64,000 nucleotides of DNA from Eledone cirrhosa (GCA_964016885.1 OZ024740.1:295120001-295184000); one strand, 5' to 3'. Shown: positions 1-13,812, counted from the first letter of the stretch. The notes: generated by a model from the sequence alone, not told the origin. Numbers and translations are program-made.

Positions 1-2820
1 ACCGATGGTGGGCATCTCTCAAAAGAGAGATTAGAACAGAATCAATAAGTTATAGCAAGATGTTAGCTGCCGATAGGAATAGAAACGAGAAAGAATTAAC
101 AGGTAAATTAGAAGAGGCAATCAAGAGCGAAGATGTGGCCAGAGTGCTGGCATCGAGGACGGCCTTGAACCAGTTTTTCGATGCAAAGCATGAAGGCTGC
201 GTCATTCGAAGTAAAATACGTGCTCTAGGTAATGAGGGGGCCAAAGCCGTTGGATGGGCCCGCGTGACAGAAGCTAAGAGTGGAAATCGATCCACCATCC
301 GGTCGTTGCAAGACGAAGATGGACGAGTGATCCGGGAGCCTAAGCAGATGTGCGAGGCCTTTCAAAAGCACTTTGCCCGATTGTTCGGGGGAGGCGAGGG
401 TCCGGGCCGGGGCGTGGATTTCGGTCCATACCTCGACGGCCTGCCGCGTCTCTCGAACAAAGAGGCAGAGTCCTGCGAGGGACCAATCTCGGCTGATGAG
501 ATCGGGGATGCGCTGAGCCAATGCAGCAGACGCAAATCTCCAGGTCTCGATGGTATACCTTACGAACTTTATTTAGCAATGCCGGTCTTCTTCTCCGAAC
601 TCCTCGAAGCGGTCTACTGCAATTGGCAGCAGAACGGGAGAATTCCTTGTTCTGTAGCCAAGGGCGTAGTCACGCTGGTGAGGAAGGACGAGAACAAGGG
701 GGATAGTATAAATAATTTTCGGCCCATAACCCTGCTAAACACAGAGTTAAAGATTTTGGCCAAGGTGTTAGCAAAGAGGTTGGCGCTTGTCGTGGGTGGC
801 CTGGTGGGAGATGCGCAGACATGTGCTATCCCATCCAGGTCCATTCACGATAACCTCCACCTCATGCGATACATCATAGAGAGGGTTGGCAACAAACCCG
901 GCTTCGGTGGGGCCCTGATTAACTTGGATCAGTCTAAGGCCTTCGATAGGGTCGACCATGGTTACCTGGATGCGGTGCTAGCGGCGGCTGGGTTCGGTCC
1001 TGTTTTCAGAGGCTGGATCACTGCCCTACATAGCAACCACATCTGTTCTAGGATCAAGGTGAACGGCTACCTTTCGAAGCCGTTCGAAATCACACGATCC
1101 ATTCGACAGGGGTGCCCTCTCTCCTCCCTTCTGTACGTATTGACTCTCAAGCCTTTACTGAGGAAGTTGGAGTTGTTGCAGGGTATCCCCCTGGAACCAG
1201 GATTGAGCAAAGCGGTGTCGGCCTACGCCGATGACGTAACAGTAATGGTATCAACCGACTCGGAGATCGAGGCGATCGGTACCTTACTGGAGGAGTACGA
1301 AAGGTTGTCAGGAGCGAAACTGAACCGGGAAAAATCCATCGGGCTGCAACTCGGAACGTGGAGAGGCAAACCGATGCCTCCTGACGGTGTCGTCGGACAC
1401 TGGACGGAGGACCCGGTAAAGTTGCTTGGGTCTGGTTTGGACCGGACCTCCAGGTGGAAAAGAACTGGAACGAGGTTACGAACAAGGTGTTTGCACTAAC
1501 CCAGAAATGGGCCAAGTGTAAGCTGTCCCTAAAAGGCCGGGCGGAGGTGGCGAACATTTACATAGCGTCCGTCACTTACTACCGCCTGACTGTCGTGCCT
1601 TGCCCTAAGGAAACACTCACCACCATGGAACGCATGCTCTTCCAATTTCTTTGGAAGAAGCGTCCTCCTATGGTGAGAAGATCCATCTGCTGCCAACAAC
1701 CTTCGAAAGGAGGGCTGGGGATGCCGTGGTTGATGATGCGTAGGCACGCATTAAGGCTACGGCACCTACAGGTATTCCTCACTGGTCAACCGGTGTGGGC
1801 TCCGTTTGTGAAACGAGCCTTTCCGAGACTCGTCTCACTCACCGAGCTACAGTCCTGGGTCAAGCAAAGATCCGGAAAACTGGGAGACTGGCACACTGAG
1901 TGTGCTCAGGCGCTCAGGGCTCTCTGGCAAGCGGGCCGGGCCATCGGTGGAGAATCCACCTCATCATTCTATAGAGGGCTGGTGGCTAGCAGGGGCGATG
2001 ACACCCTTGGAGAGTCGCTGGACATGGAGGAAGACGAACTGGCCAGCCTGTTCGGTAGGACTTTCGGCCCAGGACCAATGGACAACTTCCAGAAGTCACT
2101 GGCCTGGCAGTGCTACCGAGGGGCTCTACCCGTTCGAGAGAGGCTCTACAGACACGGGCGCCCGGGCAGGGATCCCTCAAAAAAGATTTGCCCTAGATGC
2201 GTGCGTCACGAAGAAACCGTAGCGCACGCATTGGTGCAATGTCCGGGCGTGGCTGATCTGTGGGGCTACGCCGAACAACTGCTGTCGCGGGTGGCGCCGA
2301 TTAAATTGACCGCCGAGTCCGTGATGACAATCAAACCACCTCCCCTCTTCACAAAGGAAGCAAAGGCGGTTTTTCTGTGCGTAATAGCCATGTTGAAAGA
2401 GGTTGTTTGGTGGACACGATTGAAAGGTCTGAGGTCAGGCAACTTCCTCTCTGGCCATAGTCTGGTCTACTTCTTCCGATATTACTTCGGAAGAAGGATA
2501 AGAATGGAGAGAGAGGTGCTTGGCCACAGGCAGTTTTATGAAAGGTGGGTGATAGTGGCGAGAATGGCTCGTGTAAATGGGCCTTCTCTGTATACCATCC
2601 TGTAGGTAAAGAAGTAAAGGAGAGGGGAGCACCTTCTCCATGTGCTCCCCGGGCAAAGGATTGCACACTTTTTCGGGGGTGTGTGCAACCCCCATCACGT
2701 CCCCTCCCTTTTGAGGTTATTTTCGATTATTTTCATGTTACACCCTTTTTACTCGATTATATGTAAACTCCCCCTTTATATTTGTCCCTTCTTTTTATGC
2801 CTTTATGGTAAATAAAGAAA
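1..2820 (+). mobile_element. Tx1/L1-clade non-LTR retrotransposon, 3' part (cut by window edge)
   Basis: RT motifs KSPGLDG, FRPITLLN, LDQSKAFDRVDH, RQGCPLS, AYADD in ORF 60-1499; continuation 1454-2605 with CPRC..ETVAHALVQC zinc knuckle; 3' UTR ends AATAAAGAAA then (TCTA)n. Confidence 0.92.
60..2605 (+). pseudogene. LINE ORF2 reverse transcriptase with one frameshift near 1430
   Basis: KLLG|WFGPDLQVEK is broken here but continuous (KLLGVWFGPDLQVEK) in the paralog at 34676-37207. Confidence 0.88.
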
Positions 2821-3443
2821 TCTATCTATCTATATATCTATCTATCTATCTATCTATATATATATTATGAAAATAAAACAAAGAAGCCTTCAATACATCA
2901 AAAGTCTTTATTAGCCAACAATGTTTGGTCCTATTAAGGACTCATCAGGGCAATCAAAACCACAAGAAGTACTATCGGCCAATACAAGCCGAAAACTCCG
3001 ATTGATTTTATTTATTTATTTATTAATACTACTGTGCATTGTATTTTTTGTCTGGCCCTTATTCACTCATCCACATATATGTCTGTTTACCAACCTTGTA
3101 ATTATAAGTAATTATATATTATATTATGTTCATTATTTTATATTGAAGTTGTTATTGTACTATTGATCCTTATTACTTACCGTTGATTTTATGTACCATT
3201 ATGATGTGTTAAATTTTATATATCATGTAAGATGTTTATATTTTTGTACCATCATAATTTTGGGTATTGTACAATTTATATTTTTTTCTCACCTACTCTG
3301 TAACTCTATATGAATTGATTTGTTAACCTACATGCCATTATATATTATATATATTATTATATTATTATTATTATAGTATTATTGTGACATCTATATTGTT
3401 TGTGTAAATTAACCGGAGATTATCTATTATATTATATTATATA

Positions 3444-4932
3444 CTAGCAGTAAAGCCCGGCGTTGCTCGGGGTCGCTCAGTAGCTGTGTTAAAGTTACAA
3501 TGTTAAGTTTCTTTTTTGGCTTAAAAACTGTAGTGTCTACTGTGCAGACTTGCATGTGGTGTTTTTGATTAATATTCCCTCAACCAACAATATGCCTTAT
3601 GAAGTTAAGAAAACATAACGATAACCCGAATGTTATAACAAAAGAGGATGCTGGGGATAAAAACTGCACTGGTTATTTATTAACAAAGATCGAAAATGTA
3701 AACACTGCAACGCAGAGAAAAACATTAGCGTAACCAAATTATCAGTTATGTCTGTCTGCACGCCTATATCACCTCTCTGCACGACTATCTGTCTGCACGC
3801 GTATATCACCTCTCTGCACGACTGTCTGTCTGCACGCGTATATCACCTCTCTGCACGACTGTCTGTCTGCACGCCTAGCGAAATTTACAGATACATATAT
3901 TTTAAATAAACTTATATAATTTTTGCTTTTTTTTACGAAATATTTGCTTGTTTTACGTAGTCTTTAAATAGACTTGTTTTCAAGTAAAAATATTGTTTTA
4001 AAAGGCTTTTAAATGGAAATGAAGCAAAACGGAAGCTTAGTGTTCGAACTGATGAAGCTGTGTTAAAGTTACAATGTTAAGTTTCTTTCTTGGCTTAAAA
4101 ACTGTAGTGTCTACTGTGCAGACTTGCATGTGGTGTTTTTGATTAATATTCCCTCAACCAACAATATGCCGTATGAAGTTAAGAAAACATAACGATAACC
4201 CGAATGTTATAACAAAAGAGGATGCTGGGGATAGAAACTGCACTGGTTATTTATTAACAAAGATCGAAAATGTAAACACTGCAACGCAGAGAAAAACATT
4301 AGCGTAACCAAATTATCAGTTATGTCTGTCTGCACGCCTATATCACCTCTCTGCACGACTGTCTGTCTGCACGCCTATATCACCTCTCTGCACGACTGTC
4401 TGTCTGCACGCCTATATCACCTCTCTGCACACCTGTCTGTCTGCACGCGTATATCACCTCTCTGCACGACTGTCTGTCTGCACGACTGTCTGTCTGCACG
4501 CCTAACGACGAAATATTTGCTTGTTTTACGTAGTCTTTAAATAGACTTGTTTTCAAGTAAAAATATTGTTTTAAAATGCTTTTAAATGGAAATGAAGCAA
4601 AACGGAAGCTTAGTGTTCGAACTGATGAATTTTGCAGGTCAATATTTTGCTGGCTCGACAACTGTTAAAGCCAGCGTAATTTTTTACGTAAGACGCTCAA
4701 TGTAAACAGAACAAAGGGAAATAACTGATAACTTACGCTCAAAAATCGATACATTATATTCGATTTCGTCACATAGGGCGGGTCAATTTGAAATATTCTT
4801 TTTTCCGATGTCTTCGCTAGGGCTCAATGTACAAGTATAGCAATTTCGGTGCAATTCCGTGAGAGATTCTAAGAGGAGATGTGTGCCAAAAATCGATAGA
4901 CAGACAGACAACCACAGTTTTATATATATAGA
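3444..4932 (-). mobile_element. Non-autonomous Helitron
   Basis: Minus strand begins A|TCTATATATATAAA and ends with hairpin CCCGAGCAACGCCGGG plus CTAG|T; no TSD. Confidence 0.8.
3482..4628. repeat. ~575-bp tandem duplication inside the Helitron containing a 37-bp minisatellite
   Basis: agctgtgttaaagttacaatg at ~3482 and ~4056; unit ctgtctgtctgcacgcctatatcacctctctgcacga at 3750-3877 and 4324-4504. Confidence 0.9.
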
Positions 4933-5445
4933 TTATATAATTATATAGTTTATTATATATTATATGTGTTACTTTTAATCATTTCATTACTTCATGTATA
5001 TTAGATATACGTATTATTATTATTTTTATTCCTACTATGCTTAATTATATTTAAACTCTTAATAAGGTTTAATTTGTGCTGTTAATGATGGATATGTGTA
5101 TTGACGTATATGTATATGTGCGTACGTGTGCGTACATATATATATATGTATATTGTGCCTTTTAATTTTAATTTTTAATTTTAATTTTAATTTTAATATT
5201 GTTACAAGTATATTATATTATATTATATTGTATTATATATAATTCCCGCTCTATATAACCACCTTTGTTTAGCTCTAGTTTTTTTTGCTTTGGACTATAT
5301 TTGTAATATGGTTCAAAATGTTATACACCTCCTTAGTGATTTTTATTATATATTTTTACCCATAATCTTCCAATACTTTAGTGTATGTACACTCCATATT
5401 CTTCGGAGTTTTCGGCTTGTATTGGCCGATAGTACTTCTTGTGGT

Positions 5446-5497
5446 TTTGATTGCCCTGATGAGTCCTTAATAGGACGAAACATTGTTGGCTAATAAA
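5446..5497 (+). ncRNA. Type I hammerhead ribozyme; inverted copy 2907-2958 has GAAA>CAAA
   Basis: gcc CTGATGA GTCC ttaata GGAC GAAA C att GTT ggc. Confidence 0.75.
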
Positions 5498-5637
5498 GAC
5501 TTTTGATGTATTGAAGGCTTCTTTGTTTTATTTTCATAATTCTTCGGCTCTGTTTAATTACATTGAGCTATACCTATTACTGTCATTTTTATAATACGAA
5601 GAGGTTGTTTAACTCCAACACGCTCCAGTATTTTAAT

Positions 5638-5704
<67 letters not shown>

Positions 5705-5942
5705 AAAGTTAAACAAGGTTCACTGAATAAATCAAAGAATGAGTTTTACAATAAATATATTTTTCTCATGTTTCTCAATATTAAGGTATATAAATATTGA
5801 GTTTTGTCATATATTACTCACTACCATGACTTAATCTTAACCATCTACTATGTCAGGGTATGTCATGCATCCTCTTATTTTATCTAGTGGAGTAAATATA
5901 CAATATATTAACAAATGAAAACTATATTTATAAAACCATATT

Positions 5943-6008
5943 TATTTTATTATACATATTTCAAGGGCCACCAAGGCAAATTATCGTGCGCTTTCATCAG
6001 ATAAAATA
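5943..6008 (-). ncRNA. Type I hammerhead with decayed helix II; tandem partner at 6269-6330
   Basis: TATTTTAT CTGATGA aag...ctt GAAA tatgt ATA ATAAAATA on minus strand. Confidence 0.55.
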
Positions 6009-6058
6009 CAATACAGATTTGTTTTATAAATAAATATTGACATACCCTGAAAAAATAT

Positions 6059-6106
<48 letters not shown>

Positions 6107-7309
6107 TAGAAGTGGTATTTAATTTGTTGGAAGTCCGACAACCATAAATGTTTATAACTGATTTAGAGCACTCAACAGTTTACTGGAGTAAGTATATATA
6201 TTCAATGATATTATATATATATTCAATGATATTAAATAAATGGAAACTATATTTATAAAACCATATTGATTTTATTATATATATTTCAAGGGTACCAAGA
6301 CAACATTGGTACGCTTTCATCAGATAAAATACAGAGTTTGTTTTTTAAATAGAGATATACCCATGAAAATCATACCTTATCGGTTGGAAATTCACTGGAT
6401 AGTGGAAATATATTAGGGATTATTCAAACTTATGTGTGAATATGCTAATGAATATGTAAATAATTGAAAAACAACTGTTTATTTAAATGACACTAGAGAA
6501 AGAGAGAGAGAGAAAAGATATAAGGGGATAAAGATGAAAAATATTACGAGAGAAATCGAGAGAAGAAATAAACAAGAGAAGATGAATAAAACTCATATAA
6601 CGTTAATTTTGGGGAAATATATTCTAAGTATATATCTTAATAGTACGTGTATTTACGATTATTATTTGTTTCGTTTCTAATATAATATTTTCTGTTATAA
6701 GTAGATAAATAAATAAATAAATAAATAAATGAATAGATGGGTATATCATGTTATAGATAATTGTTTTAATAAGTTCTGAGGGATATTGGTTTTGTATTTA
6801 ATGTAAGTAAATATTAAGTTAAATTAAATTAAATTAAATTAACTGAGTTAATAAGAATATTTATATTTATATATTTTAAAATGGGAAGATACGGAAAAAC
6901 TCCAGTTTAGTTTATTTATTCGTTAGTATGAGACTAATTAGTCAAAATAAGTATAAATGTTGAAAGATATATTTAGCCAGAATCAGTTAGTGGTTATAAA
7001 TCTAATAAAAAAATATTGAAAAAATATTAAAAATTTGAGAAGAATCTTAAAAAAAAATAATTTATAAGAGATAAGTAATTTTTAAAAGAGATAACAAATT
7101 AAAGAAATAAAAAATAAAGAATTAAAAATTATTAAGATTAAAATTAAAATTAAAATTAAAATTTAAAACAAATTTGAATGTATATATTTTATGAAACTTT
7201 AAGAAGTGGAATTATAGCAAATGTTATAGATGTGATTTAGAGATATCAATATATTAAAACCAAGTGGATAAGATTGTTATGGAAACAAGTAGAAATACTA
7301 TAAGTGCAA

Positions 7310-7855
7310 CTACAACTCATACATAGTGCTGCGATGTCTACAAGAGCTAAATAAATTCGTTTTTAGATTAATAGAGTTCTTACATTTAAGAATGAAAAAC
7401 ATTTCCTCAACACACAATTTGCAGAATCCAGATAAAGCTGTGTTTCGGTACGCGGGTGTTTTCGAAATTATTTCCCAAGTTAATGAATAGTCCATATTCT
7501 TGCATTTTAAGTTCCATATCAGGTTTGAAAGAGAAGTTGAAGATTTTTTATCAAATTTTTGAAAAGAGCATTTGAGAATATTCCAGCGACTTTGAAATTC
7601 TGTAGAAGTTGCACCTACATAATTAAATATATTATCACTGGTTTTGACTGTACATTTATAGACCACGTCCTTATCTAAACACTTACTTTGTAAAGGACAG
7701 CTTAATTTAATTCTACAGTTACATTTTGCGGAGTTGTTATTCAGAACGGTACTATTATGTTGGATATTGCTAGAGATATTACTTCTATTTTGGTTATTTT
7801 TGTTAGCGTTTAAATTTATATTATTGATTCTATTTATATTTTGTGCTATGTTCAT
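7310..7855 (-). pseudogene. PLE GIY-YIG endonuclease C-terminal fragment (Naiad-like, tentative)
   Basis: CNCR..CPLQSKCL, VVYKC..YVGAT, LSNLIWNLK, WEII, CKLC..E. Confidence 0.8.
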
Positions 7856-8635
7856 AGTAGTAGAGTAGGATAGTTTTATAGTATTTTATAGTATTTTATA
7901 GTATTTTAAAACATTTTTCTCAAATTTTTTATATTTTTTCAATATTTTTTTTATTAGATTTATAACCACTAACTGATTCTGGGTAAATATATCTTTCAAC
8001 ATTTATACTTATTTTGACTAAATAGTCTCATACTAACGAATAAATAAACTAAACTGAAGTTTTTCCGTATCTTCCCATTTTAAAATATATAAATATAAAT
8101 ATTCTTATTAACTCAGTTAATTTAATTTAATTTAATTTAACTTAATATTTACTTACATTAAATACAACACCAATATCCCTCATAACTTATTAAAACAATT
8201 ATCTATAACATGATATACCCATCTATTCATTTATTTATTTATTTATTTATTTATTTATCTACTTATAACAGAAAATATTATATTAGAAACGAATTTTAAA
8301 CAAATAATAATCGTAAATACACGTACTATTAAGATATATACTTAGAATATATTTCCCCAAAATTAACGTTATATGAGTTTTATTCATCTTCTCTTGTTCA
8401 TTTCTTCTCTCAATTTCTCTCGTAATATTTTTCATCTTTATCCCCTTATATCTTTTCTCTCTCTCTTTCTCTAGTGTCATTTAAATAAACAGTTGTTTTT
8501 CAATTATTTACATATTCATTAGCATATTCACACATAAGTTTGAATAATCCCTAATATATTTCCACTATCCAGTGAATTTCCAACCGATAAGGTATGATTT
8601 TCATGGGTATATCTCTATTTAAAAAACAAACTCTG

Positions 8636-8699
8636 TATTTTATCTGATGAAAGCGTACCAATGTTGTCTTGGTACCCTTGAAATATATATAATAAAATA
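8636..8699 (+). ncRNA. Type I minimal hammerhead
   Basis: TATTTTAT CTGATGA aagcGTACCA-loop-TGGTACcctt GAAA T atat ATA ATAAAATA; 8-bp helix I, palindromic loop III. Confidence 0.75.
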
Positions 8700-8881
8700 A
8701 ATATGGTTTTATAAATATAGTTTCCATTTATTTAATATCATTGTCTATATATATATATTTATTATTTTTCCCCATTACATTACGTCCGGTATTTTATTTT
8801 ATATTATATATCAGCCTCGCTTTCAATTGTTTTAGCCTTTGTTTTTAAATCCATATCTTACATCCACTTCAACTAAAATTT

Positions 8882-8948
8882 CATTTTGATGAACGATTTC
8901 AGACGTCTGTGTCGAGCTCGTCTGTCTTCGAGAAACCTTTGGTAAATG
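8882..8948 (+). ncRNA. Degenerate hammerhead (C3>U)
   Basis: catt TTGATGA ...AGACG/CGTCT... GAAACC ttt GGTA aatg. Confidence 0.45.
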
Positions 8949-9041
8949 GATTAATTGTCTTATGTTGTTTATTACATAACTAAATAGCTCTTTAGTTTAC
9001 TCAGAGCACTCTCCTTTACTTTATCTTTCCTTCAGAAACAC

Positions 9042-9130
<89 letters not shown>

Positions 9131-9135
<5 letters not shown>

Positions 9136-9616
9136 TAAACGGAATAGAAAATGCTGACAAATTGTTCACAGGGAAAAATAGTTTAATTAGGAATAAATGA
9201 GAATTAGTAATTGTATTGGTTAGTATTCAGTTTTGGTTTTAAGTTTTACCGGTTGCGCATTTCTAAATGCTTTTCAAAAATAATGTTGAGATAGAGCGTC
9301 CGTGATGTTTGCTCTGATCTGATTAGTTTTGGGAATTCTACCTGTTTTTATGTTAAAAAAGTGGCTCCAACGCTATTAAAATTGGTTTTTGCGCCAATTC
9401 GTGTTGCAAAAATTCTTGTGGTCAAAACAATTTTGATTGGTCGGTAGAGGTCATGTGAATGTAAAAAATTGATTTTGCGCCAAGACTGAGAAATGACTCT
9501 TTCACAACAAATATGTGTGTGTGTGTGTAGTAGTAGTAAAGTTTTCGTTGTGATAATGGTTAGCAGAGATGTGTGTGCGTACCGCAGCCTGTTGACAGTT
9601 CAAATGCCTATTAAGA

Positions 9617-9706
<90 letters not shown>

Positions 9707-10050
9707 GCAGAGTAATTCGTAGTAGGAATGTGTCTGTAAGTGAGTGGGGGATATTTTAAAGAATTTTTGCAACACGAATTGGCGCAAAAACCAATTTTAA
9801 TAGCGTTGGAGCCACTTTTTTTAACATAAAAACAGATAGAATTCCCCTAACTAATCAGATCAGAGCAAACATCACGGACGCTCTATCTCAAAATTATTTT
9901 TGAAAAGCATTTAGAAATGCGCAACCGGTAAAACTTAAAACCAAAACTGAATACTAACCAATACAATTACTAATTCTCATTTATTCCTAATTAAACTATT
10001 TTTCACTGTGAACAATTTGTCAGCATTTTCTATTCCGTTTACCAATATAT
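9131..10050. mobile_element. Fold-back element with ~290-bp inverted arms and U3-A8-type hammerhead relics (9244-9280 minus, 9897-9933 plus)
   Basis: 9131-9420 is the reverse complement of 9763-10048; TTGAAAA GCATT taga AATGC GCAA ccgg TA. Confidence 0.75.
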
Positions 10051-11125
10051 AATAACTTGTGTGTTACACCTCTATTCTTTTAACTATATATATATATATA
10101 TATATATTTATTAAAATAACAGATTAAAGTTTAAGCAAAGAATCGCTGCTTTCACCCTTAACGGGATCTTCTGAAACTAACAAAGTCAATCTGTAAACGC
10201 AGAAGTGGATATTTAAAAAACATTGCAACCGGAGGAAGACAGGAAGACGATACTTTGGTTCGTGGAAACGTTCACTGGCAAAGAACGGGAAAAAACGAAT
10301 ATAATACGTCAATAATAGGAGCGGTGAAAAACAATTACGCGCAAAGACAGAACCACGTTTATGGTATAAAAGAGGTCGTAAACTAATGTTCTCTTAGGTG
10401 GTTCATAGAGACGTTCTCTGGCAATGAACGAAAAAAACGAAGATAATACGTCATGTGTGGAGCATGGAGAACAATTGCACGCAAAGACAAAACCACGTAA
10501 ATGGTATAGCAGAAGTCGTAGACTAAAATTCTACCTAGGAGACCGAATGAATCTCCGCTTTAGAGTTAAGAACAAAGTAAATAAATACAATACAGAGGTA
10601 ATAGAAATTAAATAAATACATACACGCATACAAATACGTACATACACAAGCATACGCGAAAACACTTACTATAGGTATACAAAACCACGCGCATATAAAT
10701 ATGTGTGTGTGTGTGTATGCGTGTATACAAATAAATAAACAAATAAATAAATAAATAAACGTATATAAATAAATAAATACGTATATAACAAGCGCACACA
10801 CATACCTACATGTAAATACACAAATGTTCGGAGACGTAAGTCAACCAAAACATAAAGTACACATATACACACACCCTACATACGTACGAACCTGCATACT
10901 TACACAGACGACAACTCCCTTATACACATAACCAAACCATATGTACCAGAATATATAAAAATATACGCCATAACATATACAATCAAATATACGTACGAGA
11001 AGGTATACGTACCTTCACAAAACATACAGGTAATATATACTTACCTATGCAAATAAGTAATGGTATAAACAAAACATATACTTAGCTACCACATCAAGAC
11101 GTAAAATATCCACGTATAGATCGTA

Positions 11126-12160
11126 CTATCCGTTAGGGTATAACGTGGGGCTGTAATACAGGAAAGTTTTGTGCAATTTATGTTTACAAGCCGAAATAGC
11201 CTCAGATTTTTTGTTTAAGATGTGGTCTGTGGCGTAGAGTATTTCCAGGGCTTCAGCGGCGCAGAGATCACATGGTCTTTTATTTCCGTTATACGATCTA
11301 GCTCTAGCTAAGATCTCCCAGTGTAACTTATATTGGGTGTGGTTGTCTTTTAGACTCCAGATATAAGCTGAAAGTGACGTCATATTCCTTCTTAGAGGGT
11401 AACGAAAAGAATGGGTATGCATGTAAAGACGCTGCTTGAATCTATTGGCGGTTAACCCTATGTAGGCCCTATGGGACGTGGGTGTTTCAACCTTACATTT
11501 GTAGACAATGTTACTAGAGAGGCATTTCCGGGATAGGGGGCAATCAACCCGATTCCTACAATTACAGTTAGTACTAACTACAGGGTTGCACGTGTTCCTA
11601 CGGCTAGGTAGTTTAGCTAAATTTGAAGCTGTGATGTTATGTGCAAGGTTAGGAGTCGTAGAGTAACAAATTTTAATAGTATTTCTATTAAAAATGTTTA
11701 CTATATTTATGTGTAGGGGGAAAATGCTTCGTAATAAGGGAAAGAAAGATCTTAGCTAATGGGGTGGCCACCTCCATATTATATGGTGGGTTATACCAAC
11801 AAATGCGACGGGATCTATTTCTTCTAGGTCTATTTTCGTACTCTGTATATGCTACCTTATCGACAAATCCACTCCGAGCAAGAGCTTCATTGTAATAAGT
11901 GGAATGGTCGTTGAAAATATGCTCGTTAGTAGATAGACGGGAAAGCCTCAAAGAAACGTTTCTTACCAGGTTCTTGGTTATGCTGGCAGGATGGTTGGAA
12001 TGCTTACTTATGTAATTAACCGTATCATTCGGCTTTCTATACGGGTCATACAACCCATTCAATAAATTGAGGGTAAGGTAGAGGTAATTAACGACCGAGA
12101 GATTGGCCTCAACCTGTATAGAGAGGTTGAAGCCTTTAAAGAAGGCTGTGAGTTCTTTTC
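11126..12160 (-). pseudogene. PLE polyprotein C-terminus (RT thumb plus GIY-YIG), 5'-truncated, frameshifted
   Basis: NYLYLTLNL, SNHP, WYNPPY, CNCR..CPLSGKCL, IVYKC..YIGLT, CDLC..E. Confidence 0.85.
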
Positions 12161-13620
12161 TGTGAGTTCTTTTCTTTAGCTAAACTACCTAGCCGTAGGA
12201 ACACATGCAACCCTGTAGTTAGTACTAACTGTAATTGTAGGAATCGGGTTGATTGCCCCCTATCCGGGAAATGCCTCTCTAGTAACATTGTCTACAAATG
12301 TAAGGTTGAAACACCCACGTCCCGTAGGGCCTACATAGGGTTAACCGCCAATAGATTCAAGCAGCGTTTTTACATGCATACCCATTCTTTTCGTTACCCT
12401 CTAAGAAGGAATATGACGTCACTTTCAGCTTATATCTGGAGTCTAAAAGACAACCACACCCAATATAAGTTACACTGGGAGATCTTAGCTAGGGCTAGAT
12501 CGTATAACGGAAATAAAAGACCATGTGATCTCTGCGCCGCTGAAGCCCTGGAAATACTCTACGCCACAGACCACATTTTAAACAAAAAATCTGAGGCAAT
12601 TTCGGCTTGTAAACATAAATCGCACAAAACTTTCCTGTATTACAGCCCCACGTTATACCCTAACGGATAGTACGATCTATACGTGGATATTTTACGTCTT
12701 GATGTGGTAACTAAGTATATGTTTTGTTTATACCATTACTTATTTGCATAGGTAAGTATATATTACCTGTATGTTTTGTGAAGGTACGTATACCTTCTCG
12801 TACGTATATTTGATTGTATATGATATGGCGTATATTTTTATATATTCTGGTACATATGGTTTGGTTATGTGTATAAGGGAGTTGTCGTCTGTGTGAGTAT
12901 ACAGGTTCGTACGTATGTAGGGTGTGTGTATATGTGTACTTTATGTTTTGGTTGACTTACGTCTCCGAACATTTGTGTATTTACATGTAGGTATGTGTGT
13001 GCGCTTGTTATATACGTATTTATTTATTTATATACGTTTATTTATTTATTTATTTATTTATTTATTTGTATACACGCATACACACACACACACACATATT
13101 TATATGCGCGTGGTTTTGTATACCTATGGTAAGTGTTTTCGCGTATGCTTGTGTATGTATGTATTTGTATGCGTGTATGTATTTATTTAATTTCTATTAC
13201 CTCTGTATTGTATTTATTTACTTTGTCCTTAACTCTGAAGCGGAGATTCATTCGGTCTCCTAGGTAGAATTTTAGTCTACGACTGCTGCTATACCATTTA
13301 CGTGGTTTTGTCTTTGCGTGCAATTGTTCTCCACGCTCCACATATGACGTATTATCTTCGTTTTTTTCGTTCATTGCCAGAGAACGTCTCTATGAACCAC
13401 CTAAGAGAACATTAGTCTACGACCTCTTTTATACCATAAACGTGGTTCTGTCTTTGCGCGTAATTGTTTTTCACCGCTCCCATTATTGACGTATTATATT
13501 CGTTTTTTCCCGTTCTTTGCCAGGGAACGTTTCCACGAACCAAAGTATCGTCTTCCTGTCTTCCTCCGGTTGCAACGTTTTTTGAAATATCCACTTCTGC
13601 GTTTACAGATTGACTTTGTT

Positions 13621-13671
13621 AGTTTCAGAAGATCCCGTTAAGGATGAAAGCAGCGATTCTTTGCTTAAACT
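13621..13671 (+). ncRNA. Hammerhead variant with U4>A; family copies at 10128-10178(-), 46563-46613(-), 47417-47467(+)
   Basis: AGTTT CAGAAGA tccc gttaa gg(g/a)t GAAA GCA-loop-TGC TT AAACT. Confidence 0.55.
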
Positions 13672-13781
13672 TTAATCTGTTATTTTAATAAATATTTGCT
13701 CTACAGTTCTTATATATTTGATATATATTTATCCTTATCGAGCCCTCTTTGGATTTTAGTCTTCAAATTTATTATTATTAC

Positions 13782-13812
<31 letters not shown>

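Larger units (their letters stand above)
2864..5640. mobile_element. Non-coding PLE-derived fold-back element with ~140-bp inverted ends (2864-3000 / 5404-5540), interrupted by a Helitron
   Basis: Reverse-complement match of the two ends, each carrying a hammerhead core; flanked by TA-rich microsatellites. Confidence 0.7.
6225..8745. mobile_element. PLE fold-back element: ~820-bp inverted arms around a GIY-YIG relic
   Basis: 6225-7040 is the reverse complement of 7912-8743; central ORF 7310-7855. Confidence 0.85.
10104..13782. mobile_element. PLE fold-back element: ~1.5-kb inverted arms, each with GIY-YIG coding end plus pLTR; central RT thumb fragment
   Basis: 10104-11620 mirrors 12176-13696; ORFs 11126-11422(-) and 12374-12670(+) differ by one residue; 11688-12062 has PYRKPND..YISKHSNHP and WYNPPY. 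Confidence 0.9.

Noticed and set aside
1420-1460. Programmed frameshift in Tx1 ORF2
   Set aside because: No slippery heptamer and the paralog at 35.5 kb is continuous; a simple indel.
3750-4504. 37-bp repeats of CRISPR-like length
   Set aside because: Head-to-tail with no unique spacers, no cas genes, eukaryotic context.
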